Shown here one piece after another: positions 10,260 through 22,212 of a DNA stretch of 64,000 bases (positions within the stretch are counted from its first letter, which is position 1; each line of letters opens with the position of its first letter). A program made the position numbers and the translations under genes. The notes beneath the pieces were generated by a model. That model ran no database searches and had not been told where the DNA came from. It saw nothing but the letters and a program-made list of their open reading frames with translations. This DNA comes from Psammoneis japonica (lineage: Eukaryota), in the NCBI GenBank assembly GCA_008632985.1, contig QPGO01000010.1, forward strand, positions 558,001 to 622,000, in the 5' to 3' direction.

Positions 10260-11000
10260 AATGCAGAGCGAGCAATCAGCACACACAATGCTTTTGCAAG
10301 CCGAGGTCTTCTTGCTTGGATCGTCTTTGAGCTGTCACTTGCTCACACCCTGCCTTCCTCTCTTGCAAGTGTGCCGCCCAAACCTTTGCACGCAAGCCTG
10401 TGCTTCTTCTTCCAGCACATCCACTTGGCATGGGCACTGTGCACAACCACCGGTGTGCAACAGTGTGCAAGCTGTGCTGTTTGGAGGTTGCAAGGCATGT
10501 GCCATGGGGTCAAGAGCAGCTGCAGTGTGGGCACAGCAGCAGCGCAAGCTCACAGGTGTGTGGTTGTTGTTTGCAGCAGCAGTGGCATCATTGGCCAGAA
10601 AAACAGGCATGTGTGAGAGAGCTCTCTCTGCCTTTTTCTGGCGTGATCTCTGGGGTGCCACCCTGTGCGATGGCAGCAACACTTGGCTCACTTTCAACAA
10701 GCAGCACTGACAGCACATGATGTCTTTCCAGGTGGCAGTGCTTGCAACAATGTGTTCTCTGCTGCTGTGGCCATGTGCTTGTGACACAAAAAAAGCCACT
10801 GCACACGTCTGCACCCCCAGCCACAACAGAGAGGAGAGAGAGCTGGCGGGAAGAAGAAGGCAAAGGAAAAAAAAGAGAGGTCGGCACACACATGTGTGCA
10901 CTTTGGTTTCCCTCTCCCATGCAGTGCAACACATTGAAAGTCCCTTGACCTCCACCTTTCCATTTGATTGAAGAGCACAACAAGAATGAATCACAAATTT
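10260..11000. repeat. TpA- and CpG-depleted block flanking the retrotransposon
   Basis: No TA seen between about 10260 and 11295. Strong TG/CA excess and no recognisable protein. Confidence 0.6.
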
Positions 11001-11424
11001 GCTTGATTGGTCGAGCGAATCATCGAAGGATCTTCCGTGCGTGCCGCCGCGTGGATGCTTGTGGATGTTTTCGCGCGTGCGTGGAATCATCCAAAATGTG
11101 GCGCATCGTGGCGAGTTGCATGCGAGACGGGCACGTCGTGTGGTTTGTTGCGTGTCAACCTGAACGACGATCCGCAGTCTTTCTCCTTCCTTCGCCACGA
11201 CTTGTTGCATCCAGGCAAGTGAAGAAGGAGTCGGCTCACAAGTCCACCCAGCTCGATCTCTTTTGCTGTTTCAGAGAAGAGTTGATTTCGTTCCTTAGAG
11301 AAGAAAGAAGCGACGAGAACGAACATACCGTTTCCGTTTTTCGATAGATACTGTTGAGCTCCCGGCTCAAAACCCAATAGAATCGGTGCTTCACAACCCC
11401 CAAAACAAAAGAGAACGAGTAAAC

Positions 11425-14400
11425 ATGGCCAACAGAGGCGGTGCAAGCATGGGCGATCTGTTTTCGCAGCGTCGGGCAGCACGAAAACAACAGCAGCAGC
11501 AAGGGCTGCCTCGAGAAGAAAGTGGCAGTAGTGGTCCTCCAAAACGTACGAGCTTTCTGGACATTCAAGCTCAACAAGAAAGAGAGCAACAACAAGAGCA
11601 GAGATATCAGAGTAGTAGTGGATCTTATCGATCGAACCGGAATAGAGACAGAGACAATAGCTATTCCTATGGAAGTCGTCGCCAATACCAAGAACAACGC
11701 TATCATGATGACTTGCCTCTGGAGTGTGGGTTGGTCTCGTCGCTGAAGGAATCCTTTGGATTTATTTATTGTGCAGATCGCCCGGAGGAATTGTTCTTTC
11801 ACTATTCTCAATTGGCAGATCAACGAGAATCTCTAAACATTGATGATGAGGTCGAGTTTCGTGTTGGGCCATCGAAACGGGATCCTTCGAAAATGGCCGC
11901 TTTTCAGGTGCGTCGCTTGGAGCCTGGAACGATTGTGTGGGAAACAGAAGAAGAACCTGGGAAGCGATACCGTGGAACTGTAAAGCAACCACCGATGATC
12001 TCTCGAGCGTCGGATCAAAGCTCAGAAGGAACTATTCGAGTCTTAGAAGAAGATGAAAACGTGAATGATGGTGAGGAAGGAGAAAGCGCTCTTTCTTCAG
12101 CGAAAGGCCCTGTGGTTCGATTTCTTAGTCACGAATACATTCCCACCGAAAGCGAAGGCGGAGAAAGTCGGAGCTTTCGTCGTTCCGATAGTGGTAGACT
12201 TGGACGGGGTGATTTGGTGGAGTTTATTATCGTGACGGAGCGTCGTACAAAGCAAAAAATGGCAAAGTCTATCACGTTGATCCAATCAGAAAGGGAGCGA
12301 CAGCGACTGATCAAGGAACAAGAATTACTTGCCAATGCAACTAGTGAACAGGGAATTGTCAAGACACTGAAAAAAGATTTTGGCTTTTTGAGGAGCAACC
12401 GTCGTAGAGAGGAAGTGTACTTTCATTATTCCAATGTCGAATTGCCCGACGACAACGAAAACGGAGAAGAGTTTGTGCTCAAGGAGGGCCAGGAAATGGA
12501 GTTCCTTGTCGTGACTGAGGGTAGTGGGCAAAATGAAAAAGTGAGTGCTAGACAGGTCAAGTTCTTACCAAAGGGTAGTGTGGTGTTTCACACTCAGGTA
12601 GCAGAGGGTGTCACCGGGGTCGTCAAAAGGTGTCCTCCGCCCCCAGGCACCAGTTACGGCGGTGACCCAGCAGTGGGGTCTTTGCGTCTTACCACACCTA
12701 TTGAGCTCGGTCAAGACGAAGAGAATGACGAGGCTAAAAGGGTTGTGGACGAAGTTGTATTTCAGGCAGAAGATGCACCTGGAGGCTTCTACTCGACGAG
12801 CCGTGATGGTTTATCCAAAGGGTTGTGGATAAAGGAGGGCGACACACTCCTGTTTGATGTTGTAAAAGAAGTTGTGGATGACTCATACTGCGCTGTCCCA
12901 ACGAGACACAAAATACCCTTGGAATCTCAATGCATGACAGACTCGCAAGAGGACGACACGAATGATGGCAATATGATTGAAAAGGCCATTCGCGTCGTCT
13001 CGCTATCTCTGTCGGGGCGAGCCGAAGGGGTGGTTCACGCTATCAAGGATAACTACGGTTTCATTAGTATAGCAGAACGGCCAGTGGACGCATACTTTCG
13101 GTTGTATGAAGTGCTCCCAGATTCGATGCAGTCGGATTTACGTAGGAGCTTGAAGATTAGCGAGGAACCCATGCAATTAAAGGTCGGGGCGGAAGTGCAG
13201 TTCGATTTGTGGCTGCAAGGAAGGATACCGGGATCTTCAAGTCATCACGGCACTTCCTCGAGAAAGGGAGGTGATAAGGACAGTTTGAAGGCACAACGAA
13301 TCTTATTGTTGCCGCCTTCCACTATTATTCAGACAAAGGTATTGGCAAAAGACGTGAAGGGATTTGTCTCTAAAGAAGATCCTAATCAGCCCTACTCCGG
13401 GCTGATTGAGTTAGAAGACGAGCTCAAGTCGATGCCTCTGGAAGAGCTTCATCCCCTCGCCACAAAACTCATAAACTCCTTTCTTGCAGATGAGGGTAGT
13501 GACTCTCTGATCTTTCCCGATCTCCAAAGTATTAAAGAAGACCAGGTTGTGATGAAAGTCGTCGATACTCTCGGTCACGGCGAGCTGTCTTGCAGTTACA
13601 TACCAGTTGCTAGCGGTGAGGCGAATCATCCAGGGAGACTGTGTATAAAGAAGGAAAGGAAGGTTGGACCGAATGGGGATTCAGATACTCGTGACGCTAG
13701 CCATAAAGAATCCGACGAGAATCTGGAGCCAGACAGTGAGGAAGCGAAGAGTCCTTCAAACAGCAAATCCGCCAAGAAGAAAAAGAGGAAGCCATACAAG
13801 GTCAAATCTCTTAAGCTGGTACGGTACGACAAGCATAGCCTCTCGAAAGAGCTTGAAAATGCTATGCCCCTTGGCATGGAAGATAAGGTTTTGTGTGACG
13901 TGATCCAATCAAGGAGAAGTGGTATGGTTTCGGTAACTAACATTCGAGTAGTTGAACGAAAACAAATTGAACGTGGAGCAAAGATCGATGAATCCGATAA
14001 ACAATCGGGAGTAGGGATCGTTTCAGAAGTAGTGACATCTCGTCAGTTTGGGTTCATTTCAATGGTTGACGAAACGGCGTCGAGGAGGGAGATGCTCTTT
14101 TTTCACACCTCAAGTGTTGTCACCGACGATGATCCTGACAAGCCTGCTTCTTCCAAAACACGTGGAGCCAATGGCGTCGTCCGAAAGGGCGACGAGGTGA
14201 AGTTTGACATTGGAGTTGGGAAAAATGGAAAGCCTGTCGCCAACCATGTCCATGTGTTGCCGCGCGGCACTCTGAACATTCCTACAAAAGCTGAGAAGAA
14301 TGCATGTAAGGGATACATCCTGATGGAACCGTCTCATACAAGCCTTTCAAACACGCCGTCAAGGCATTCGTCGGGAAAACATTCCCCGGCGGGAACTGGA

Positions 14401-15451
14401 CGATGGGCTCAGGTTGGAACCGAAGATTCAATAAAGAAGGCAGCAACGGGATCTAATGTGAAGGAGAACGGTTCCATTCTTCTCCTGTCTGATCCTGCTA
14501 ATCTTTTCGGTAGAATAACTCAAGACTCGAATCACGGTACAGCGAAGAGTAAAGAGACCAGTGTGGTTTCAGATGCTATTTCGGATGATAACAGTGGCGC
14601 AGCCGAAACGGTAGACACTGCTTCACCTCCCACCTTTAGCTTAAAGCGGCTCCCTTACAAGGCTGGTGCACTCGCCCTCCACGGCACCGGAGCATCTTCT
14701 CTTTCTGATTCATCCAGTGCTCCACGCCGAGGCGACCTTGTCTCGTTTGTGAGCGCAAAAGGAGGAAAGGGAGTTCGTGACATTCGGGTTGTGAATCGCG
14801 GTGCAGCAACCTTATTGCGGGGAAGACTAGAAAATATAGTCCTCGCAGGTTCTGCAGTGAAAACTGAACGGAAGGAGGACGAAAGTTCGGGCACTGCCAC
14901 GTTTATTGCTGCAACGGAAAAAGAGGAAGCCTACCAGATTGATCTGGACGAGGTTGTCAGCTGTGACCCATCCCTTCTCAAGAATCTTGAATCCGTTGAA
15001 GGTGTCCTGCACGATGGCCATATTTATGGTGTTTGTCGAACAACAGATTTGTACCTAGAGTCAAAGCTTGGCGCAAATCACAAGGAGCGCCCGCGTCTGA
15101 ACCTTACAGTTCGCAAAGAACTAAAGAATCGTGGGGGAAAGATCATGGCGCAATCCATGATGGCCAAGGTATGTTTGTCAGGACCCGTTGTATGCGTTCG
15201 CTTTCCTGTGCTCTACCTTGCGGTGCTAATCTTTTTTATGTTGTGCATTACTCTAGGGACCTGATGGGACGAATGGATTTGCCTCTGGCTGGACAAAGCG
15301 AACTAGTCAATATGTCGCGCATTCAGAGCATGAGTTACCTCCGACTCCAGGTATTTCTATCGATGAAGATGCGGAAAAAGAGGGAGGAGAAGAGCCAGAT
15401 AGTGTTACTGAGGAGGGTGGTGGCCATGACAACGAGGTTGTGGTAGCCTAG
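11425..15451 (+). CDS. CSDE1: Multi cold-shock-domain RNA-binding protein, CSDE1/UNR-like
   Basis: Repeated CSD motifs ('SFGFI...LFFHYSQ', 'DFGFL...VYFHYS', 'NYGFI', 'QFGFI...LFFHTS'). Intron 15169-15256 joins to 'GPDGTNGF', a SUZ-C-like motif. TAG ends at 15451. Confidence 0.85.
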
Positions 15452-15746
15452 ACACGAAGAGGTAAACATAAGTAAGGCATGTTTATGTTGCGCAAAGCTA
15501 CAAGATATGTCTCCAACTTGCAATGGCCTTGGGGGATAGTTTCTTGATTCGAAAGATGAACTCTAGTGTGTGATTTTGTTGTCTCCGCTCCGGACCAAAA
15601 ATCACGCTGCTGGTCATTAAACAGGAACAATTCAATCCGCTTGCGTTGACTTGCGTCATTTTAAACAATTCTCCGCCACTTGAAAGTGAACAAAGCGACG
15701 TAGTGGAGACCAACACACTGACAACACAGAAAGGGTCTCATAGCTA

Positions 15747-17087
15747 CTACGCATCGAGTCTTCGTCGATTTGAACGACCCAGAGTCAGAGCATGTTCCCG
15801 CAACGCCACCTCGCGGTCCAAAAAAGTTCCTTCTCTCAGTTGCCGATGCGCGTCTTCGATCTCACTTCTCGAATTCATGACAATAGGACCACCCAAAGCT
15901 ACTGATTCACGCAATGGAGCTGCGCTAAGAAACAGAAAGTCTAACTGGCCGCGTTTGGTGTTGCGGATCAAAAGCTCTCCCATATCAGGTCCATCTTGAA
16001 GAGTTACAGTTTGCAGCGCCTTTGCTTGAACACCGTTGCTCGCTAGAGTCGCGGTACCCTCGCGTACATAGAGGATAGACGAATGCTCTGGCGGGGTCTC
16101 TGCAACCCACTCTGTACCCGGATCCATTGTTACGTGCAGCATTCTAACTGGCGGTCGACTCTTGACATTGTTCTGCGATGCCAAGGCCTGTGTGAGGGTC
16201 GCTCCGATATCTCGGACCTTTGTACCCGAAGGCAGCTCGTGTTCAACCCAAGCATTTTCAGTCTTTGTACCAATATAATGGACGGCGGGCTCATCAAATT
16301 TCTGGTCAGCAGGCAGATTGATCCAAAGCTGATAAAGCTCAATGTTGGTCCGACGATCTGGTTTCGTCTCCCAAAATTCTTCATGGAGTACACCTGAACC
16401 AGTTCTCATCCACTGTGCCGCGCCTCCGCGATAGACACGTGACCCACCCAAGGAGTCACGGTGCTTGAACCCATCTGATCCATCCAAGACATAAGTCAAT
16501 ATATCGAAGCCACGATGAGGATGCATGGAAAAGCCCTCCACATCTACATATGGTAATCCCAATGCCTTCCCAGCAAGCTACTCAAAAGGTTCAGACAATG
16601 ACGGTAAAGTGACAGATGTCAGCGCAACTTCCGGACGTAAAAAGTAATCGTAGAACATATAAGAAAACTCTTTATTCACCTTGAAAGGCCCGCGTAAGGG
16701 ATCCCTGGGATCAAACCAATGTTTATGGTGTGCAAGTAGTAGAAACGGATCGTGTCGAGGTCCACCGAGAGACACGGGGACAACTCGCCCGCCACCCCAG
16801 GTCGGCCATAAGGGAATCACTGGACTGGAATCAATGGATGCAACCTTGAGACTGTTCTCAAGGGAATCAGCAGTTGCTTTTTCACTGGATTCCCCAAGAA
16901 CCGCACAGGTTACCAAACCGGCGGGAGCGGCCTTGAACAACTCGCGGCGATGCAAATCAATGTCAGGGAGCGGACGCCAAACGGATGACGAGCCTCGCGT
17001 CTCAGAGGAAAGCGCACGGCACAATCGAGCATGTGTGAGATAGACAAAGGTGGTGACGGCGTAAAGCCCGACGCATAAACGCGGCAT
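15747..17087 (-). CDS. Pirin-family bicupin protein, probably plastid-targeted
   Basis: Motifs 'DPFLLL', 'GFSMHPHRGFDILTY', 'HRDSLG', 'QWMRTGSGVLHEE', 'QLWINLP', 'GPIVMN'. In-frame intron at 16679-16578. N-terminal signal peptide. Confidence 0.9.
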
Positions 17088-17350
17088 GGTCAGATTAATA
17101 GCGAGGTAGACAGCGGCGGCTTGTTTTGCAAAGTTGGAAGTACAGCATGGTACGATCGATGCGATCTGCTGCGGTGATCGGTGATGTGCAACAATAATCA
17201 ACAGAAACCAGAATCAATCACGAGCGTGAATGAAAATGGCGGAAAACCGATGCGTCAAAAATGTCGCAGCCACGTCACAATCTCAAACGAAGAATAATCA
17301 TCGAAAATTGAAAACAGTGGAAAAGCGAGAAGCAGGCGACAGGCGAGACC

Positions 17351-19045
17351 ATGGGAACGTCTTGCAGCAGAGACGCCGGCGCTATGAACGAACCTTTCGG
17401 GTCTGATAGCAGCGCTAGGTCGTCAATGAATCGAGAGATATCTACGGTAGTGGATTCTTCAGTGACAAACTTGTCCACTGTTTGCGAAACAGATGGTGAT
17501 GTTCGGCAGAAGGAGAGCGACTCTTCTGCTGCTGACTCTCGTCCGTCCATGTCGAGTAGATTAAAATCCTCGTTCTTTAAGAGGCAGAAACTTGATCATG
17601 GCCAGCTTTCGCCATCGTTTGTTTATTTTCCAGACCTCAGTGACGATATCATTGTTATTATTCTTTCCTACGTGAGCTACGCACCGATGGAGCTTGACGT
17701 CGGAGGCAGCATGACATTATCAATGCTCTCCGGTTCTACCCGACTTACCGAGGCAATGGCTGATTCTGAACGATTGTGCGTCGATTACAACAATGCTTCT
17801 ATGAACCTGAATAGCGTTCTCAATGGAAAGCCTTCAAACAAATCGCCGTTTAACCTTGCTTTTCGTGCCGATGACTCGGAAACTATCAGGTCTGCACGAA
17901 GAGTTAGTTCTTTACGAATGTTTGGAACACTAACACACGTTCTGCCGCTTGTGGACAAACGACTTTATCGACTGTGTAGTGAATCAGACCTTTTATGGAA
18001 AGATTCCCTTTTGAGACTCATGTCCCAACATCGAGACTTTTTGGTGAACCGAGATAGCAACGGAGAGCTTTTCGAGAAAGGCGTGGAGTCGTTTATTGAA
18101 ACTACGGGTACCGGCAAAGATGTGAGTGATACTGCTACTCTAAATGCGGAACACGTTGATGAGCGGGAAAGAGTTCGTTGTCTAGTTGATCTTGCTGTTA
18201 CGCGAGCTCTGTCAAGCGCGTGTCCAAAGAATGTTGTTACATTGGCAAACCAACCTATCAGTGCGGCTCAACAAGTTCTTCGTGAAGTAGCGCTGACGCA
18301 TATGCCCACCCGTTTAACGATATTTGCAATGACGAGCCGTCTGAGAATTGGAGAAGCCGTGAACCTTGTACTTTTTGAACCAAGGTATCGGCTTTTAATC
18401 GCTGAAGTGATGACTGGTCGACCGGAACGTGAGAAGCAAGGGTTTCCCATTTTCGAACCGCGTCCCAAGTTTCTGTTCCTTTGCAGACCGCGTTCAGAAG
18501 TGGTGAGCGCTTGTTTGGTCGAAGTGAGACGATGCAGGATCAATTATGATGGTTCCGCAGATGTTATGCTTGTTCCGAGCTCCTGGGTTCTGCTTGACAA
18601 AATTGCTACTCGACCCAACTCGGGCGCGCTTCACTATGGCATTATCACAAAAAATCCGGCGCGACTTCGGTTTCCGGTCTTGTGCATGGCCTTTGGTGAA
18701 GTATTATTGGGTGAACCTTTGGTAATACGGTTTTTCGAACCGCGCTTTCGAGCGCTTGATGCTCAGCTGAAAGCACTCGTCGCTGAGCTCATGAAGGGTC
18801 GATCCAAAGATGAGCGAAACGGAGCTGAGTTGTCGAAACCATTGCCCCGGTTTATCTTTGCCTGTCGGACGCCTTTTGAACAGGGAAGTAGTGCCTGTAT
18901 GGTGGAAGTTACGCGTTGCATGATGCTCGCGAACGGCACAGCAACTCTTACGTTTCTTCCCACGGACTGGGTATTGTTGCAATCAATGGTCAGAGGGAAA
19001 AAGTCCGGAAGTGTCTGCATTGCAACAGCTCTACTAGATCGATAA
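17351..19045 (+). CDS. Protein with an F-box-like motif and two Lon N-terminal (PUA-like) domains
   Basis: 'FPDLSDDIIVIILSY' is F-box-like. 'LVLFEPRYRLLI' and 'IRFFEPRFRAL' are LON-N signatures. The N-terminus is MGTSCS. Confidence 0.7.
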   Translation: MGTSCSRDAGAMNEPFGSDSSARSSMNREISTVVDSSVTNLSTVCETDGDVRQKESDSSAADSRPSMSSRLKSSFFKRQKLDHGQLSPSFVYFPDLSDDIIVIILSYVSYAPMELDVGGSMTLSMLSGSTRLTEAMADSERLCVDYNNASMNLNSVLNGKPSNKSPFNLAFRADDSETIRSARRVSSLRMFGTLTHVLPLVDKRLYRLCSESDLLWKDSLLRLMSQHRDFLVNRDSNGELFEKGVESFIETTGTGKDVSDTATLNAEHVDERERVRCLVDLAVTRALSSACPKNVVTLANQPISAAQQVLREVALTHMPTRLTIFAMTSRLRIGEAVNLVLFEPRYRLLIAEVMTGRPEREKQGFPIFEPRPKFLFLCRPRSEVVSACLVEVRRCRINYDGSADVMLVPSSWVLLDKIATRPNSGALHYGIITKNPARLRFPVLCMAFGEVLLGEPLVIRFFEPRFRALDAQLKALVAELMKGRSKDERNGAELSKPLPRFIFACRTPFEQGSSACMVEVTRCMMLANGTATLTFLPTDWVLLQSMVRGKKSGSVCIATALLDR

Positions 19046-19626
19046 CTGTTACTCCTAGATACTCACAGGGAGTACCGGTGCGGTTAGAGACAGCAGTCGA
19101 TGCTCCCGAGTCAACTATAACTAGGTTACTTTTAAAACTCATACTCTCTAGCTAGTTTGCGCATTGACCTAATACCGGTAGGGCCCTACACTCTAGTAGC
19201 TAGACGCCTGCCGCCAAAAGGATGACAGATGCAAGGATATACGGTACGATACTAATACACAAGACAATGGTGCACCATTGCACAAGATGGGCGTGTGAGC
19301 ACGGGCGAAGTGCAGGCGCGAAAAAGGCACAAACAAAGAGAAAAGAGAAAAATGATGATGACGCCAGCACTTCAACATGAAAAGATCGGATCTTCGAGCA
19401 TGCTGAATGCGTACCGTAACAATACGCAGTAGAGCAATGCAGCAATGCAACAAAAAACAAAGATTGAAGTGTCTACCGTACTTCTAGCTCTAGAGGAGGT
19501 GATTGCTATTCTATTGAGGCTGCTTGAGAGGAGTCAATTTCGTCTGCCTGATCACATCGCTTTCTCGCTACAGTATCTTTCGCTAACGTATCCAGTACAA
19601 GAAAAATCAAAGTTCAAGATCACGAG

Positions 19627-20499
19627 ATGCGGTCGTCCAACTATTCCGCTGCCGGTATTTTCCTTCTTGTTTTTTGTTTGAACGGGCGGGCTAAAGCGCT
19701 TGTTATGCCACAAAAACAACAGAGACGACAAATACCTTTAAAAGAATTGTCAGTTGGACTTGCTATTTCTACGGCGACCTTGCTCGGCGACGCTGCACCG
19801 GCTGTCGCTGGCGACGCGGTCGTAGGAACGCCGTTAGAGTCTGCAATCATACAAGTCAGTGACACAGCGTATCCCGTGTTTTCGTCCATTTCCAGCGTCT
19901 CGCCATTATCAACAAAGCTTGCAGGTCTTGTGGAAAAGAAGATTCCTGCTCAAAAGACAACGGATGCTCTCGACAAAGGCATTGACAGTTTTCTTGCGAT
20001 CCCAGATGAAAAAGTTTCGAAATTTGCATCCACATTAAAGTCGTCGTATGAAGGAGTATCAGGTGATAGTTGTTCCTCAGTCCCTGCTCTGGTGGACATC
20101 AATCAAGTTTCTTCGTTGCCTGCAGTCCAGGCTCTCGATCCATCCAAGGTGAAAGCTTTGCAGGAAAAGTATTCCGCCGCTAACAAAGCTGTTCCTACGA
20201 CACCCTCAGGTGCAATTTGTCTCCCTGCAACCCAAGAGGGCTTGGAGCAGCTGTGGATTGCTCAAACAGAGTTGACCCTAAATATTCCTCGTCCCGAATC
20301 AAAGGCATTTGTAAAGTCATTTTCCTCGGCCGTGCAGTCAGTACCCAACGCGGATTTACTGCGACTGGTTCCGGATGCAAAGAAAGCTTTCACTAGCGAC
20401 GTGGACATGAAGACATCATTGAAATTCGAAAAGGCGGGTAAGGCTCTGGAGAAGGCATTTCAACAGGAACCGCGCATTCAGCAGAGACTTAGTAGTTAG
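19627..20499 (+). CDS. Predicted thylakoid-lumen protein with resemblance to peridinin-chlorophyll a protein (PCP)
   Basis: Signal peptide, short basic transit region and a hydrophobic stretch ending in A-V-A. The Ala/Lys-rich mature region contains 'AIIQVSDTAYPVF...AQKTTDALDKGI...SVP'. The gene itself is well supported; the PCP link is tentative. Confidence 0.6.
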   Translation: MRSSNYSAAGIFLLVFCLNGRAKALVMPQKQQRRQIPLKELSVGLAISTATLLGDAAPAVAGDAVVGTPLESAIIQVSDTAYPVFSSISSVSPLSTKLAGLVEKKIPAQKTTDALDKGIDSFLAIPDEKVSKFASTLKSSYEGVSGDSCSSVPALVDINQVSSLPAVQALDPSKVKALQEKYSAANKAVPTTPSGAICLPATQEGLEQLWIAQTELTLNIPRPESKAFVKSFSSAVQSVPNADLLRLVPDAKKAFTSDVDMKTSLKFEKAGKALEKAFQQEPRIQQRLSS

Positions 20500-21592
20500 C
20501 TACCGCATGTACCAAGCATTCCGGTGTAAGGTAAACTGTAAAGCAAATACGAGTATTTCTTTTTTTGGATGCGCATGCGAAAGGTCGCGGGAAATTCGAC
20601 TTATTTCCTTCTTTATTTTCAATACCCTATATTCTTCGCACAAGCCAGAAGATGAGTACGTCTTTGATAGAACGCTGAGGAAATGGATAACTCGGTCCGA
20701 AGCAGACAAGTCTGCTCTTACAGTCGACAGACATTCAACGGTGCGTTATATTTTATCGTTTCATTAAGGTGCTTCTCGTGGTTGGGATCCCGCGTCTATT
20801 GCACGTTACCAGCTTAACACTTCATGATGCGTTCTGGACGGGTAGCTCTTTCTGCAAGAAAAGTGACCTCCATCAAGGGCAACGGCAAGGAGCAGACTGC
20901 TCTCAAGGGATCGTCTGTGGCCTTAAGATTGTCAATGGAGAAAAACAGAAAAAACGACATCAGAGTATGCAACGACATTTCAAGCGCTACGACCGCCATC
21001 GTAGTCCATTGACATATGCATGGAATAACTTACACATAAATGAGGATTACCATCTGGTGCTGTTAGTCTTTCTGCTTCTATTGTAAAGTTTCAAAGCGTG
21101 TTTCAAATATTTGAAACACACCAATGTCAAAAGTGTCTATTGAAATCGGTCGCGTAGGGTAACGTTGCCTCAAGAGCGCCATCAAAAGATGGCGCTCAAG
21201 CTTTTTCGTATCTTCAGAGTGAAAATGTCACCCCAAGAAAAGAAAAAGGGGGGACGTACTACGGAGACAACAAGAAAACTTGCGAGTCGACCGCGTTCTA
21301 AATCAACACTCCCTACGAGTGAAGACTTACCGCATCATGTCACTGACACGACAGAACCCCAAACCTGTGTTCCGTCAATGGTGTGATCTGCTCGGCGAGC
21401 TTTTGCTGCTTCGCAGACGAACGCTGCTGTCTGTTTCAACAGCCGTGACCTGACTGGGTCAAGCGAACAGGCAACTTCCTACGCTCAAAGACACGAGAGT
21501 GACATGGACTCAAGGCCGGAGAGACGCATTCGATTTGCCCCGACCTCTGGACTTAAACTGGCAACACCCACACCACCATTTGAGACAACTTT

Positions 21593-21873
21593 CCATCAAG
21601 CAAAATGAGTTGTGGAACACCAAACAAGAGCAGGCAATTAGAACCAGAGGAAGGGCGAGCCATCCTTGGGTGTCGCGGCATTCCGGCTTGGCGAACAACA
21701 AACACATCGTGCGAGACGACGAGTCGAAAAAGAGAGACAACACACCATCAAGCAAAATGAGTTGTGGAATACCAAACAAGAGCGAGCTCTCAATCCAGAG
21801 GAAGGGCGAGCCATCCTCGGAGATTACGGCTTCCGGCTTGGCAAACAACAACACATCGTGCGAGACGACGAGT
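21593..21873. repeat. Imperfect tandem duplication of about 130 bp (period 152)
   Basis: 'ccatcaagcaaaatgagttgtggaa...catcgtgcgagacgacgagt' occurs at 21593-21724 and 21745-21873. Confidence 0.9.
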
Positions 21874-22212
21874 TGTGATCGAAAACGAGCGCGGTTTTCG
21901 AAGAGATTTTTGTGGTGTCGTGACCGTTGCCACAATTCTCAATCACTATCACTTTTTGTGTATATTCGTATAGAGAGTACCATGAATTCGTATGTAGAAC
22001 ATTCGTAGGGACTTGGTACTTTCAATAATTATTACCAATTCCTACGTAGCCTTTACGGTAGATAGCCAACAGAACTGCCGCCGTTTTCGCTCGAGGCCCG
22101 AGCTCCAGAATTCTCCAGAACGCATCATCTGCACACTGCGGCGGCCAACAGCGGCGGCAAGAAAGTTGACCATTCTGTACTAAAGTGGTTTCTGAATGGA
22201 AAAGAAAGAGGA

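Noticed and set aside
20500..21200. Possible minus-strand gene remnant
   Set aside because: I could not build a consistent exon chain or recognise a motif.
21593..21873. CRISPR-like repeat-spacer array
   Set aside because: There are only two long imperfect copies, in a eukaryotic context with no cas genes.
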